Notes: generated by a model from the letters alone, not told the origin. A DNA stretch of 64,000 nt from an uncultured Candidatus Saccharibacteria bacterium (GCA_964532005.1 CAZHER010000002.1:8813-72812), one strand, 5' to 3'. Shown: positions 8,769 through 18,742, numbered from the stretch's first letter. Numbers and translations are program-made.

Positions 8769-11381
8769 TTATTTTGCAAAAGCAGTTGCCTGGTCAAATT
8801 TAATACTTAGCAACTTTGAAACTCCGTCATCGCCCATAGTCACACCGTACAGCATACTAGACTGTGCCATTGTTTCACGGTTGTGAGTAATGGTAATAAA
8901 TTGAGTTTGGTGGGCAAGCGTACCAAGAATTTGTCCGAAACGAATAGTGTTAGCTTCATCTAACGCAGCGTCAACTTCATCTAGCACCACAAAAGGGGAA
9001 GGGAAACACGACAACAAACTGCACAACAAAGCAATGGAGGTCAGTGCTCGTTCGCCGCCGGACAAAGCTTGAATAGTGGCAAGTTTCTTCCCTGGAGGGG
9101 TTGCTTTTATCTCTACACCTGCTACGTTCGTGCTCCCTTTTTCATATTTCGCTAAAAGTTTTTCTTCGGGACGCATTGTATTTTCTGTACTTTCGTCTTC
9201 TTTGTCTTCGTCTTGCTCAGCCTCTGGTTCTTCTTGTCCGCTACGAATTAAAGACAAATAAGCACGACCGCCATTGAACAAAGTCCGGAAGTATTGTTCA
9301 AATTGAGTTTGTACTTTGTGAAAAGCTTCATTGAAAGCTGTTTTAATATGCACATCCAATTCATCCATGACCGATTTCAGATCATCCATGGCTTTTTTCA
9401 AATCATCAACCTGCGAGGACAAGGAAGTATAGCGGTCTTCCGTTTCTCTATACTCCTGCATGGTCAATTCATCAATCCCGCCGATAAGTTCCAGCTGGTG
9501 TTTAAGTTTGTCGATTTTATTTTCCAAGTCAGGCTCTGCTTGTGATATCGGCTGAGTCTTAATTTCTCTAAGAATATCTTCTCCTAAAGAATGCAAAATT
9601 TCAGACTCTATTACTTCCAACGAAGATTCTTTTTTTGCTTTTTGAATTTGTATACCCCCTTCTCTATCGCGCATGACGCCAATGCGACCGCTGATTTCCC
9701 GGAACTTCCTGTCCGCTTCACTTATGGAAGTTTTAAACTCGGACTCAGCTTCATACAACCCCGCCAGCTCCTTTTGAAACGAAGAAATTTTTTCATTGAG
9801 CACGTCAATTTTTTGTTGGATGTTTTTTTCTTCACTCACTATTTGAGCTAAAAAGTCTTCTGATGAACCTGAGTCTGCCTGTTTTAACTCAAGATCTAAG
9901 CGCAGCTTTTCTTGCTCTAAATCTTTGAGCTGTTTGGTTAAAAAGTCTTCTGCCACCGCCAATTTTGACTGCTCTACCGCTATAGAGTTCAGTCCTGTGC
10001 TAAGGCTTTCTTTTTTTGCAGAGAGTTCTTGCAAAGTACTTTGCAAAAGTTTGGTCTGATCCGGCTGAATACTAATTTTTTTAGCGAGATCCCGAAATTC
10101 CGACCACTTCTGCCTAACAACTTGTCCTGCTTGTACAGCACTTGAAACATCGGGCATGTTCGGCAGTTCGGACCAAAAATTTTCTATCTGTCTGTCCACC
10201 GTATCAAACTCGTTTTGCAACTCCTCCCAACTTGTTCCAGAAGGCGCACTCAACTGAGAATAAATTTTTTCAATTGAGGAATTTATCTGTTCTATCTCAA
10301 TTTTGTGATTTTGTAGTTTTTCGGCCAAATCGGCATTGCTGACTTTTGCTTCCTTTAATTCCTTTTCCGTCTCTTCAATTTTTCTCCCGACCGTATGAGA
10401 TTCAACACGCAAGGTAGAACTGTCGCCAGCAGAACTTTTTTGGCTTTGCATCTTCCCGCGGACAAGACTAAGATTTTCCAGTAAGCCGTTTTTCTCATTT
10501 TGCAACAACTGCAACTCCGATTGACGGTTTTGGTATTTTCCAAGTTCTTGCAATCTTTTTTGCTCCAAACCTTCCATGTCTTGCATGTACCCTGACATTT
10601 CTTTTTCCATTGCCTCACGTTGGGACAAAACTCTGTTCAACTCTTGAGAAACCACAAGGGTTTCATTTTTTATTTGCCAAAAATTGTAACCCAAAAATTG
10701 CTTTTGATAACTCTTCAACTCAACTTGGATTGTTTCGCGTGCCTCCATTCTCTTAGCCTGCCTCCGCAAACTTTTTACCCGAGGCTCTAATTCAGAAATT
10801 AAATCTTCAGCGCGCATCAAATTTTGCGCCGTTTGTTCCATCCGCCTTAAAGTCCGTTCTCGTTTAATATAGTATGCCTTTACTCCGCTTGCTTCGTCTA
10901 TAAGATTTTTCACCTCTGCCGGTCCGGCCAAAATCATTTGGTCAATTGTTCCTTGACCTATCACGGTATATCTGGAAGTTCCAATATTACTTTTTAAAAC
11001 CAAGTCTACAATATCCAATAACCGGACTTTGTTGCCGTTTATTAAATATTCGCTTTCTCCGCTTCTGTTTATTCGACGGCCAATGCTGACTTCTGCTGAA
11101 TCAACAGGTATTCTTCTATCGCTGTTCTCGAAAGTGGCAAATACTTCTGCAAAATTCATTTTTGAACGCTTGTCGGAACCGGCAAAAATAACATCTTCAC
11201 TTTTTTTGCCGCGCATCAATTTGCTACTTTGTTCACCAACCACCCAACGTAAACAGTCGGCAATATTGCTTTTGCCGCTGCCGTTCGGACCTACTATCGA
11301 GGTCACTCCAGGTTGAAATTCTAGAATTGTATTTTTTGCAAACGATTTGAAACCTTGTATTTCCAATCTTTTTAGGTACAT
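8769..11381 (-). CDS. smc: chromosome segregation protein SMC, short 870-aa form
   Basis: The N-terminal Walker A reads LEIQGFKSFAKNTILEFQPGVTSIVGPNGSGKSNI. Long coiled-coil regions follow. The C-terminal signature and Walker B read LSGGERALTSIALLCSL...VVLDEVDAALDE. Confidence 0.85.
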   Translation of the reverse strand: MYLKRLEIQGFKSFAKNTILEFQPGVTSIVGPNGSGKSNIADCLRWVVGEQSSKLMRGKKSEDVIFAGSDKRSKMNFAEVFATFENSDRRIPVDSAEVSIGRRINRSGESEYLINGNKVRLLDIVDLVLKSNIGTSRYTVIGQGTIDQMILAGPAEVKNLIDEASGVKAYYIKRERTLRRMEQTAQNLMRAEDLISELEPRVKSLRRQAKRMEARETIQVELKSYQKQFLGYNFWQIKNETLVVSQELNRVLSQREAMEKEMSGYMQDMEGLEQKRLQELGKYQNRQSELQLLQNEKNGLLENLSLVRGKMQSQKSSAGDSSTLRVESHTVGRKIEETEKELKEAKVSNADLAEKLQNHKIEIEQINSSIEKIYSQLSAPSGTSWEELQNEFDTVDRQIENFWSELPNMPDVSSAVQAGQVVRQKWSEFRDLAKKISIQPDQTKLLQSTLQELSAKKESLSTGLNSIAVEQSKLAVAEDFLTKQLKDLEQEKLRLDLELKQADSGSSEDFLAQIVSEEKNIQQKIDVLNEKISSFQKELAGLYEAESEFKTSISEADRKFREISGRIGVMRDREGGIQIQKAKKESSLEVIESEILHSLGEDILREIKTQPISQAEPDLENKIDKLKHQLELIGGIDELTMQEYRETEDRYTSLSSQVDDLKKAMDDLKSVMDELDVHIKTAFNEAFHKVQTQFEQYFRTLFNGGRAYLSLIRSGQEEPEAEQDEDKEDESTENTMRPEEKLLAKYEKGSTNVAGVEIKATPPGKKLATIQALSGGERALTSIALLCSLLSCFPSPFVVLDEVDAALDEANTIRFGQILGTLAHQTQFITITHNRETMAQSSMLYGVTMGDDGVSKLLSIKFDQATAFAK

Positions 11382-11389
11382 ATGTCAGT

Positions 11390-12109
11390 TTATTTTTCTT
11401 TTGGCGGGGTTGGGTCTATAAATCTCAATTTTCTTAAAGCATCTTGAGCAGCTTCAATTTCTGCTTCTTGTTTGGAAGGCCCCTCGCCACGACCAATTTC
11501 TACGGTATCCATGAAAGCTGCAACAACAAAAATCTTATTGTGATCTGGACCGGTTTCTTGGACCACTCCATATGTTGGAGTGACCCCTTTTTTGTCCTGC
11601 ACCAATTCTTGCAAACGACTTTTCGGATCCAAATATGTACCACCCTCAATTATATTTGGCAACTCTACTAATATTTCTTTTGTAATAAATTTCTGGGCTG
11701 CTTCGTAGCCTGCATCCAAATAGATTGCGCCGATTAGCGCCTCGATGCAATTGGCCAAAATAACTTGTCGGGCTCGACCAGTGTCGCGAGCCTCACCCTT
11801 GGACATCAATAAAAACTGTTCCAAACCCAGACGATTGGCAATGGCAGAAAGCATTTTATAGTTTACCAAGGCACTACGAAAATTTGTAAGTTCGCCTTCG
11901 GAGTGATCGTAATTCTTATACAAAAACTCTGTGGCGATAATTTCCAAAACCGCGTCTCCTAAAAATTCTAGACGCTCATTATGGGGCAGATGGAACGACC
12001 GATTTTCATTCAGATAAGACCGATGGGTAAATGCTGAAATAAATAAATCAATATTATTGATCCGGGTTCCTAAAATATTTTCTAATGTTTCCTGATTTAA
12101 GCTTGGCAT
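11390..12109 (-). CDS. rnc: ribonuclease III
   Basis: The RNase III signature ERLEFLGDAVLE is followed by a C-terminal dsRBD. Confidence 0.9.
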   Translation of the reverse strand: MPSLNQETLENILGTRINNIDLFISAFTHRSYLNENRSFHLPHNERLEFLGDAVLEIIATEFLYKNYDHSEGELTNFRSALVNYKMLSAIANRLGLEQFLLMSKGEARDTGRARQVILANCIEALIGAIYLDAGYEAAQKFITKEILVELPNIIEGGTYLDPKSRLQELVQDKKGVTPTYGVVQETGPDHNKIFVVAAFMDTVEIGRGEGPSKQEAEIEAAQDALRKLRFIDPTPPKEK

Positions 12110-12117
12110 TTTATATA

Positions 12118-12194
12118 TGGTGGGTGTATCCCGAATTGAACGGGAGACCTCATCGATGTCAACGATGCGCTCTAACCAACTGAGCTATACACCC
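12118..12194 (-). tRNA. tRNA-Val (anticodon GAC), CCA encoded
   Basis: The reverse complement GGGTGTATAGCTCAGTTGGTTAGAGCGCATCGTTGACATCGATGAGGTCTCCCGTTCAATTCGGGATACACCCACCA folds as a cloverleaf with anticodon loop TTGACAT. Confidence 0.85.
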
Positions 12195-12886
12195 TCATGG
12201 CAATCTTCAACAACTTTTTCACAAAATATCTTGCTCAAAAACGACAGCTTCCGCTGGACAGCGGTGTTTCCGTATCGGACAACGCACACTCCTTTGTAGT
12301 CCGGATGCGACTGGGAGTTTATTGTTCTTTTGGCAACACTGACTTTTGTGAAACTTTGTATTGGCAAACCCAGCTCAGTAGACCAAAAGCCCACTATCGA
12401 GACTGGGTCTTGATCAGATCTTATGTGCAATTCACACTTAAAATCATTTTTTTCTACTTGATAATTTACCGATAAAGCTTGAATAAAAAATTTAAGCACT
12501 ATCGGATTAGAATTACCAAGCGCCAAGGTGGGAGCTGCTTTATATCCCTCTCCTAAATATAACATGGCTAACGCCAAATCCACTACTGGTTTTGCCTGCC
12601 AGTTTATAAAGTTTAAACTATTTTCTGCTTCAAATCTAGCTTTCTCAACCCTTTTTTTCTTCTGGGTGTTGTGCCAATTCATAGCCAATTTTCTAGCACC
12701 TGCCAAACTAGCCAATTTCCCTTTTCGCAATGAATCCTTCTGACTCTCAGTCAACTCTATATTTTTAAACCACCCGCTTAAAGTCGACCTTGGAATACCA
12801 AGACTTGATTCTATTTTTCTTATAGATAAGCCTAATTTTCGCAAATTGACAGCTTTTTGCTTTGATTCGTACCATTGAGACTTCAT
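12185..12886 (-). CDS. HTH-domain protein with a possible degenerate LAGLIDADG-like motif (233 aa); its 3' end overlaps the tRNA-Val 5' end by 10 nt
   Basis: The N-terminal HTH reads LRKLGLSIRKIESSLGIPRSTLSGWF. The central segment LALAMLYLGEGYKAAP resembles a LAGLIDADG-type motif. The stop codon TAG lies inside the tRNA acceptor-stem sequence. Confidence 0.45.
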   Translation of the reverse strand: MKSQWYESKQKAVNLRKLGLSIRKIESSLGIPRSTLSGWFKNIELTESQKDSLRKGKLASLAGARKLAMNWHNTQKKKRVEKARFEAENSLNFINWQAKPVVDLALAMLYLGEGYKAAPTLALGNSNPIVLKFFIQALSVNYQVEKNDFKCELHIRSDQDPVSIVGFWSTELGLPIQSFTKVSVAKRTINSQSHPDYKGVCVVRYGNTAVQRKLSFLSKIFCEKVVEDCHEGV

Positions 12887-12928
12887 GTTTTTATTATACT
12901 ATCAATGGTTCAAATTTGCCAATTGGTG

Positions 12929-13810
12929 TTATTTTATAGGATTGGCAACCAAAGCCGGATTGAAAGATTTTTTATTTTTTGCTGACTTCTCAAAAGAGCG
13001 GGGTCTCAAATTGGCTATGTAAAACAAAAATAAGCTGAGGTTAAAAAATGAATTCAAAAATCCAAACCATAAAATTACAATTGGCTTAACATGTATTAAA
13101 AATACTAGTCCTAAACTCGCACCAAACGCATACATAGTTGCGAGTACCAAGCAAAAAATTAACAACCGTACCAATTTTGCCTTAATAAACTGCCAGGCTA
13201 CAGCACAAGCATCGTTGATGCCCTTTTGGTATATGACAATATTAGCGACAGTAAAAAAATTAAACACTGAAAAAATAAATAAAAACAATACGAGCAGAAC
13301 CATCCCTATACCGGCCATATATTCCATCGGGGCAAAAAACATTTGCCAGATCCACGGGCTTGCGAATACCAATACGGTTATGATCTGTGCTGCTGCAGTA
13401 AACAAACTGACAATTAACACAGGAAGTATAAACGTTTTCGATTGGAACAAAATTTTGCCTTGACGATCGATCCAAGATAAATCTTCGGGAGTTTCACCGA
13501 GCCGCTTTAAGTTCAATAAATCTGCAACAGTGAGCATAAAGAAAATTTTAACCCAATTTGCTAAAACCCACACCGATATTATACCCAACAAAAAAATGAA
13601 GATAATTGAAAACATCTGTGCGGGGTCGTTGCGGCTAGGAGACAGTAAATAAACCAACAAGTTTTCCAGTTGGATTTGTAGTCCGATTTTTTTCAAATAC
13701 CAAAAATTCATATTGAAACCTGCTGATAATAACAAACCAAAAAACCACAGCAGAGGAGTGGCTGCGGTCACTCGCAAAGCTGTGGTTATTAGTTTCAGAT
13801 GATTCAACAC
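12929..13810 (-). CDS. polytopic membrane protein, hypothetical
   Basis: It has about 8 predicted TM segments and no recognisable catalytic motif. Confidence 0.4.
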   Translation of the reverse strand: MLNHLKLITTALRVTAATPLLWFFGLLLSAGFNMNFWYLKKIGLQIQLENLLVYLLSPSRNDPAQMFSIIFIFLLGIISVWVLANWVKIFFMLTVADLLNLKRLGETPEDLSWIDRQGKILFQSKTFILPVLIVSLFTAAAQIITVLVFASPWIWQMFFAPMEYMAGIGMVLLVLFLFIFSVFNFFTVANIVIYQKGINDACAVAWQFIKAKLVRLLIFCLVLATMYAFGASLGLVFLIHVKPIVILWFGFLNSFFNLSLFLFYIANLRPRSFEKSAKNKKSFNPALVANPIK

Positions 13811-13845
13811 AAATTTTGTGTTAATAAATTTTACTCAACAACTGG

Positions 13846-15711
13846 CTAGGCTTGTAATACCGGTTCAAACTGTTGTCCGGATTTTTTTTCTTCGGGTAAA
13901 ATTTCTTTAACAATTTCAGCAAACTGATCTTGCTCCAAAGTTTCTTCCTTAACCAGACGATTAGCTATTGTGTCCAAATAATCACGATGTTTGGTCAACA
14001 CTTCAGTTGCACGATTGTATGCCTCGGTCATAATTCGCTTAACTTCAGCATCGATCGCTTTGGCAACTTCCTCGCTGTAATTTCTTTGCTCTCTTAAATC
14101 TTTACCCAAGAAAACCATTTCATGACCCTCTCCCAAGGTGACAGGACCAAGTTCGTCACTCATGCCGTAGCTGGTTACCATACGGCGTGCCAAGTTAGTT
14201 GCAACTTTAAGGTCATTGCTGGCACCAGTAGTCAGCTCATTGAATACCAATCTCTCGGCTGCGTATCCACCCAAAAGAGCTGCTATTTCATCTAAGAAAC
14301 CGGACTTAGTGTGCATATGCTTGTCTTCCACAGGAAGCTTCATAGTATAACCGGCAGCGCGTCCACGAGATAAAATGGTAACCTTATGAACAGGGTCGGA
14401 AAAAGGCAGTACTGAACCGACCAAGGCATGGCCGCCTTCATGATATGCTGTAACTTCTTTTTCTTTCGGGGATAAAATATGGCTTTTTCTCTGCGGACCC
14501 AGCATTACTTTTTCAATAGCTTCCCGCAAATCTTCATTGCCAATCTCTTTTTTATTACTTCGAGCAGCTAAGATAGCCCCCTCATTGATTAAATTAGCCA
14601 GGTCGGCTCCGGAGAAACCTGGTGTCCTTTCGGCAACCTTGCGCAGGTCAACATCTTTTGCCAAAGGCTTGTTCTTACTGTGAACTTTCAAAATTGCTTC
14701 ACGATCTTTAATGTCAGGCAGGTCCAAAACAACTTGTCGGTCGAAACGACCAGGACGAAGCAAAGCAGGATCGAGCACATCAGGTCTATTAGTAGCAGCA
14801 ATGACAATTACGTTGGTGTCATTTTCAAAACCGTCCATCTCAACTAAAATCTGGTTTAAAGTTTGTTCGCGCTCATCGTGACCACCCCCAACACCGGTAC
14901 CACGCTGTCTCCCCACTGCATCGATTTCATCGATAAATACAATGCAGGGAGCGTTCTTTTTTGCTTTTTTGAATAAGTCGCGCACACGACTAGCTCCGAC
15001 ACCAACAAACATTTCAACAAATTCAGAACCGGAAATATGAAAAAACGGCACATTGGCTTCGCCAGCTACCGCACGGGACAGCAATGTCTTCCCTACACCG
15101 GGACTGCCAAGCAACAGCACTCCTTTGGGAATTTTTGCTCCCAATGACAAAAACTTTTGCGGATACTTCAAAAAATCTACAATTTCACTTAGTTCTTCTT
15201 TGGCTTCTTGGCTTCCTGCAACATCTGCAAAACGAACTTGGTTTTTCCGCTCATCATTTAAACGTGCAGAACTTTGACCAAAAGTCATGGCGCGATTGTT
15301 TGTTCCTTGAACCTGTCTCATTAAAAAATAAATGAATAGACCAATGATAATCAACGGTAACAAGAAAGGCAAAACTGTTCCCGCAATTGCTCCCGCTGTG
15401 CTGCCGTTTTTAAATTCAATTTTCAATTTGGCTAATTTTTCAGAACTAATTCCGTTATCTTTAAAAAACTGCGGAATTTCGGTATTCTGTCCAATCGTGG
15501 CTTTTAGTTTTTCGTCGCTGTCCTTTCTGACTGCTGTAATGGATGTTGGCTCTACCGTAATAGAGTTAATTTTTTCTTGATCAATGAGATCCCTGATCTC
15601 CGATAAGGAAACATTTTTAACAGAGCTTTGTCCACTAAAAGTGGCGTAAAGCGCAAAAATAACTAAAAATCCAACTAACACTATTAACAACTGCTTAACG
15701 ATTTTTCCCAT
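13846..15711 (-). CDS. ftsH: ATP-dependent zinc metalloprotease FtsH
   Basis: It has an N-terminal TM segment, the AAA+ Walker [11 protein letters not shown], the zinc-binding HEGGHA motif and Walker B DEID. Confidence 0.9.
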   Translation of the reverse strand: MGKIVKQLLIVLVGFLVIFALYATFSGQSSVKNVSLSEIRDLIDQEKINSITVEPTSITAVRKDSDEKLKATIGQNTEIPQFFKDNGISSEKLAKLKIEFKNGSTAGAIAGTVLPFLLPLIIIGLFIYFLMRQVQGTNNRAMTFGQSSARLNDERKNQVRFADVAGSQEAKEELSEIVDFLKYPQKFLSLGAKIPKGVLLLGSPGVGKTLLSRAVAGEANVPFFHISGSEFVEMFVGVGASRVRDLFKKAKKNAPCIVFIDEIDAVGRQRGTGVGGGHDEREQTLNQILVEMDGFENDTNVIVIAATNRPDVLDPALLRPGRFDRQVVLDLPDIKDREAILKVHSKNKPLAKDVDLRKVAERTPGFSGADLANLINEGAILAARSNKKEIGNEDLREAIEKVMLGPQRKSHILSPKEKEVTAYHEGGHALVGSVLPFSDPVHKVTILSRGRAAGYTMKLPVEDKHMHTKSGFLDEIAALLGGYAAERLVFNELTTGASNDLKVATNLARRMVTSYGMSDELGPVTLGEGHEMVFLGKDLREQRNYSEEVAKAIDAEVKRIMTEAYNRATEVLTKHRDYLDTIANRLVKEETLEQDQFAEIVKEILPEEKKSGQQFEPVLQA

Positions 15712-15736
15712 GAAAATATAAAGCTTAATAACTATA

Positions 15737-15823
15737 TGGTGCCGAAGGTGGGACTTGAACCCACAAGCCCTTGCGGGCGCTAGCTCCTAAGGCTAGTGCG
15801 TATGCCAATTCCGCCACTTCGGC
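15737..15823 (-). tRNA. tRNA-Leu (anticodon TAG), long variable arm, CCA encoded
   Basis: The reverse complement GCCGAAGTGGCGGAATTGGCATACGCACTAGCCTTAGGAGCTAGCGCCCGCAAGGGCTTGTGGGTTCAAGTCCCACCTTCGGCACCA has anticodon loop CTTAGGA. Confidence 0.85.
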
Positions 15824-15842
15824 AAAGTAAAGTATAGTTTAA

Positions 15843-15880
15843 CACAAAACAAAAAACCGGACTAGCCGGTTTTAAAAGTT
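15843..15880. terminator. bidirectional hairpin terminator (aaccggactagccggtt) flanked by A/T runs, downstream of the first pilin gene
   Basis: A palindromic stem with an A-run on the left and a T-run on the right. Confidence 0.5.
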
Positions 15881-15886
15881 TTTTTT

Positions 15887-16312
15887 CTAAGAGCCCGTGG
15901 TTAGCTGATTCGTCAAAGCTGTCACTATTACATAAGAAAGTATGACTATCGCCAGTCCGAGCAAGGCATACACCAAAGTCTGGCGACCTTTGGTTGCCTG
16001 CTCTTCATTTCCTCTAGAAGTCAAATAATAGTAACCCCCGATTACTAGAAACAAAACAGCAATAATGCCGGCAAAATAAAGCATTATTTTAATAATCGTG
16101 CCTATAAGTCCTGTTGCGGTTGTTTGTGCAGCCAGGCTGTTGGTCGAGTTTCCAAATGGATTTTTAGGTACACAAAGCGGACCCTGTTCCTCAAACTCAC
16201 CGCAAGGACTGGTAGCGCCTTGTGCTGATGCCACAGAGACAAACACCCCGGTAGTACCAATTAATACAAATCCCAAAAACAAAACGGTAACAAATTTCTT
16301 GAAATTATTCAT
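15887..16312 (-). CDS. TrbC/VirB2-like (T4SS-type) pilin paralog 1
   Basis: It has a signal peptide and a conserved C-terminal core IIKIMLYFAGIIAVLFLVIGGYYYLTSRGNEEQATKGRQTLVYALLGLAIVILSYVIV. The GG(Y)xY(I/L)TSxGNEE...GK motif is shared by all five paralogs. Confidence 0.6.
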   Translation of the reverse strand: MNNFKKFVTVLFLGFVLIGTTGVFVSVASAQGATSPCGEFEEQGPLCVPKNPFGNSTNSLAAQTTATGLIGTIIKIMLYFAGIIAVLFLVIGGYYYLTSRGNEEQATKGRQTLVYALLGLAIVILSYVIVTALTNQLTTGS

Positions 16313-16315
16313 AAA

Positions 16316-16774
16316 TTACGGTCCGTTACGATTATTAGTTGATGTATTGGAAGAGCCAGTTCCATTTTTAACAAATCCTACAACAGCTCTTACTATTACA
16401 AACGATAGAATTATTATCACTATGCCTATTAAGGCATAAAGAATGGTTTGTCGTCCCGAAGTAGCTTTCTCTTCATTACCAGCGGAGGTAATATACTGAT
16501 AGCCACCGTAAATCACCATAATTACTGCCACCGCAAAAGCAATGCCCAACATTATATTTATTATCTGCCCTAAAACTTCACTGGGGGTTTTCTTATCGCT
16601 AAAAACCGTGTCGGGATACGCGTCGCCGGTAGCGGTTTTTAACTTGTCCAAACCTTCGGTCACACTATCTGCATGAACAAATACTGCAGGCGACATTGCA
16701 ATTGCAAAACTTGCTGCAAAACCGACAGCCAATAAAGCTAATGATCTAAAAATACTTGATTTGCTCATATACAA
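16316..16774 (-). CDS. TrbC/VirB2-like pilin paralog 2
   Basis: It has a signal peptide and the core IYGGYQYITSAGNEEKATSGRQTILYALIGIVIIILSFVIV. Confidence 0.6.
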   Translation of the reverse strand: MYMSKSSIFRSLALLAVGFAASFAIAMSPAVFVHADSVTEGLDKLKTATGDAYPDTVFSDKKTPSEVLGQIINIMLGIAFAVAVIMVIYGGYQYITSAGNEEKATSGRQTILYALIGIVIIILSFVIVRAVVGFVKNGTGSSNTSTNNRNGP

Positions 16775-16859
16775 TTTATAATCCTAGACTTTCAAGAATT
16801 TCAAAACTATAAAAACCTAGGACTAGCCCGCACTTTTTAAGGTGCGGGCGGAAATTTTG

Positions 16860-17270
16860 TTAGTTTCCGTTGTTAGACACGAAACGGTAAACAGCACTTA
16901 CAATTACGAAGGACAAAACGATGACAACAATACCGATTAAGGAATAAACGATAGCGTTCTTTCCTTTTTCAGCCGATTCTTCATTACCAGCGGAGGTGAT
17001 ATATAGGAAACCGCCGTAAATCAAATAAATAACAGCAACGAAGAAAGCAATACCAAGTGCATAGTTAATGATTTGTTTAAACAATGCTGGTAAATCAACA
17101 TTATCATCACATCTTACACCTGTACCTTCACAAGAGTTTTGAAAGTTATTGATAAACTGGGCTTCTGCGGTTTGTGTAACCAAGACTGGAGCTAAAGCAA
17201 CAGTAAAGACTACAACCATTTGGGCCAACGCTACCCAGTTCTTTTTAAGAAATTGTTTCAATTGTTTCAC
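16860..17270 (-). CDS. TrbC/VirB2-like pilin paralog 3
   Basis: Its core reads IYGGFLYITSAGNEESAEKGKNAIVYSLIGIVVIVLSFVIV. An upstream hairpin (gcccgcac...gtgcgggc at ~16827-16852) separates it from paralog 2. Confidence 0.6.
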   Translation of the reverse strand: MKQLKQFLKKNWVALAQMVVVFTVALAPVLVTQTAEAQFINNFQNSCEGTGVRCDDNVDLPALFKQIINYALGIAFFVAVIYLIYGGFLYITSAGNEESAEKGKNAIVYSLIGIVVIVLSFVIVSAVYRFVSNNGN

Positions 17271-17369
17271 CCCCTTCCTTGATTACACAAACCTTAGGCT
17301 AACAGGGCTTGTGAAAGATAGCTATTTAATAAAATTGCTAATTTAACGATACCATACTTTGGCAAATTC

Positions 17370-17822
17370 TCAAAATAGTTTATCGTTAACGACCAAATTA
17401 ATAACAATGTTGATCAGAGCAGCTGCCATTAAAACTACTGCTAAGCCAATTGCAGACCACTGCACAGTCTGCTTACCCTTTCCTGCCTGCTCTTCGTTGC
17501 CACCGGAAGTTATATACTGATACCCACCGATCATGATGAATAAAACGGTTAAACCACCAACCAAAGAAAAAATTACATTCATACCAAATTGCAGAATATC
17601 AGCAGCCGTGCAATATTTTGGAAGCTTTTCAGTGACGTTTGCCTGATTGCCGCCATAAGCCGCAAACTGCGCTTGCAGGTCATCACAACCATTCCCTTGT
17701 AAAGTTACCTGCCCCCCTGCCCCGCCTGAAACACCCCCACCCTGAGCCAAGCTAGTGATTGGTGCTATTAGTACTACTAATATCGATACAAAAGCAAGTA
17801 AATTTAAAATTTTATTTAACAT
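17370..17822 (-). CDS. TrbC/VirB2-like pilin paralog 4 (Gly-rich N-terminal region)
   Basis: Its core reads IGGYQYITSGGNEEQAGKGKQTVQWSAIGLAVVLMAAALI. Confidence 0.55.
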   Translation of the reverse strand: MLNKILNLLAFVSILVVLIAPITSLAQGGGVSGGAGGQVTLQGNGCDDLQAQFAAYGGNQANVTEKLPKYCTAADILQFGMNVIFSLVGGLTVLFIMIGGYQYITSGGNEEQAGKGKQTVQWSAIGLAVVLMAAALINIVINLVVNDKLF

Positions 17823-17824
17823 GA

Positions 17825-18706
17825 TTATTTGTTAGAAAGAAGATTCTGTACAATGCTCACTAAACTAAATGAAAGAAGTGCTACAATAAGTCCGGCCACT
17901 GCCCAAATAATTGTTTGCTTTCCTTTTGTAACAGATTCTTGATTTCCTTGAGCCAAAACCATTCTAATACCACCTATCATAATCACCAACACTGACATGA
18001 CACCAATTAGAAAAATAAAGCCTCTCATTACAAACAAAACCAATTCGGGAAAAGTGCCGATGTTAATTGGATTAATGAGTTGATCAACCTCTTTATCAAA
18101 GTCTCCTGTATTTAGAGTTCCACACCCTGTACCCGTGCAAGTATTTGTGGGGCCATTGTTCGGGGTATTATTGGGAGTGTTGTTCGGGGTATTATTGGGA
18201 GCAACGTCGCCATAAGTTAAGCTAAAGCCACTTGTGGGTCCTGATAAATTTCTACTGTCATAAGCTGTATATTTGAAATTATACTTCCCATTACTAGGAG
18301 AACCGGAAAATGGCTTAATTGTTGCTGTATAAGTTTTTAGACTTAAAAATTTGCCATCAACTTGTTTTGTTGAACTATCCCATGTCGTAATTGTCCAAGT
18401 TTTAATTTGGTTTGTGCTGGGCGACGTTGCTCCTTGTTTCGTTGGTCCTGTGAGTATAACTTCCCAACCTGTAGGGTTTTTTACTGTGCAAGATACACTA
18501 AGCACAAAGGTGATTGTAACTGTATCGCTAACTGTCTTTACCTTATCAGGGGTAACCGAGCTGGTTCCATTCGGAAAATCTGCGTCGGTTGTGGCATTAT
18601 CACAAGTTGCAGCTTGGACATCCTGAGGCGCAACTAACACGAAGCTCAATAACAACAAAATTGTCACTAGAGCATGGGTCACAAAAATTTTTAAATATTT
18701 TTTCAT
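17825..18706 (-). CDS. pilin paralog 5 fused to a ~180-aa N-terminal extracellular domain carrying an NTPNN tandem repeat
   Basis: It has a signal peptide, a Thr/Ser-rich beta-type domain, (NTPNN)x3, then the pilin core IMIGGIRMVLAQGNQESVTKGKQTIIWAVAGLIVALLSFSLV. Confidence 0.55.
   Translation of the reverse strand: MKKYLKIFVTHALVTILLLLSFVLVAPQDVQAATCDNATTDADFPNGTSSVTPDKVKTVSDTVTITFVLSVSCTVKNPTGWEVILTGPTKQGATSPSTNQIKTWTITTWDSSTKQVDGKFLSLKTYTATIKPFSGSPSNGKYNFKYTAYDSRNLSGPTSGFSLTYGDVAPNNTPNNTPNNTPNNGPTNTCTGTGCGTLNTGDFDKEVDQLINPINIGTFPELVLFVMRGFIFLIGVMSVLVIMIGGIRMVLAQGNQESVTKGKQTIIWAVAGLIVALLSFSLVSIVQNLLSNK
18153..18205. repeat. 15-nt tandem repeat (~3.5 copies) encoding NTPNN within the pilin-5 gene
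   Basis: The unit ttgttcggggtattattgggag is repeated head-to-tail in the sequence. Confidence 0.6.
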
Positions 18707-18742
18707 TTTTTGTATTGTTATCGCTTTATAACTTAGATATTA

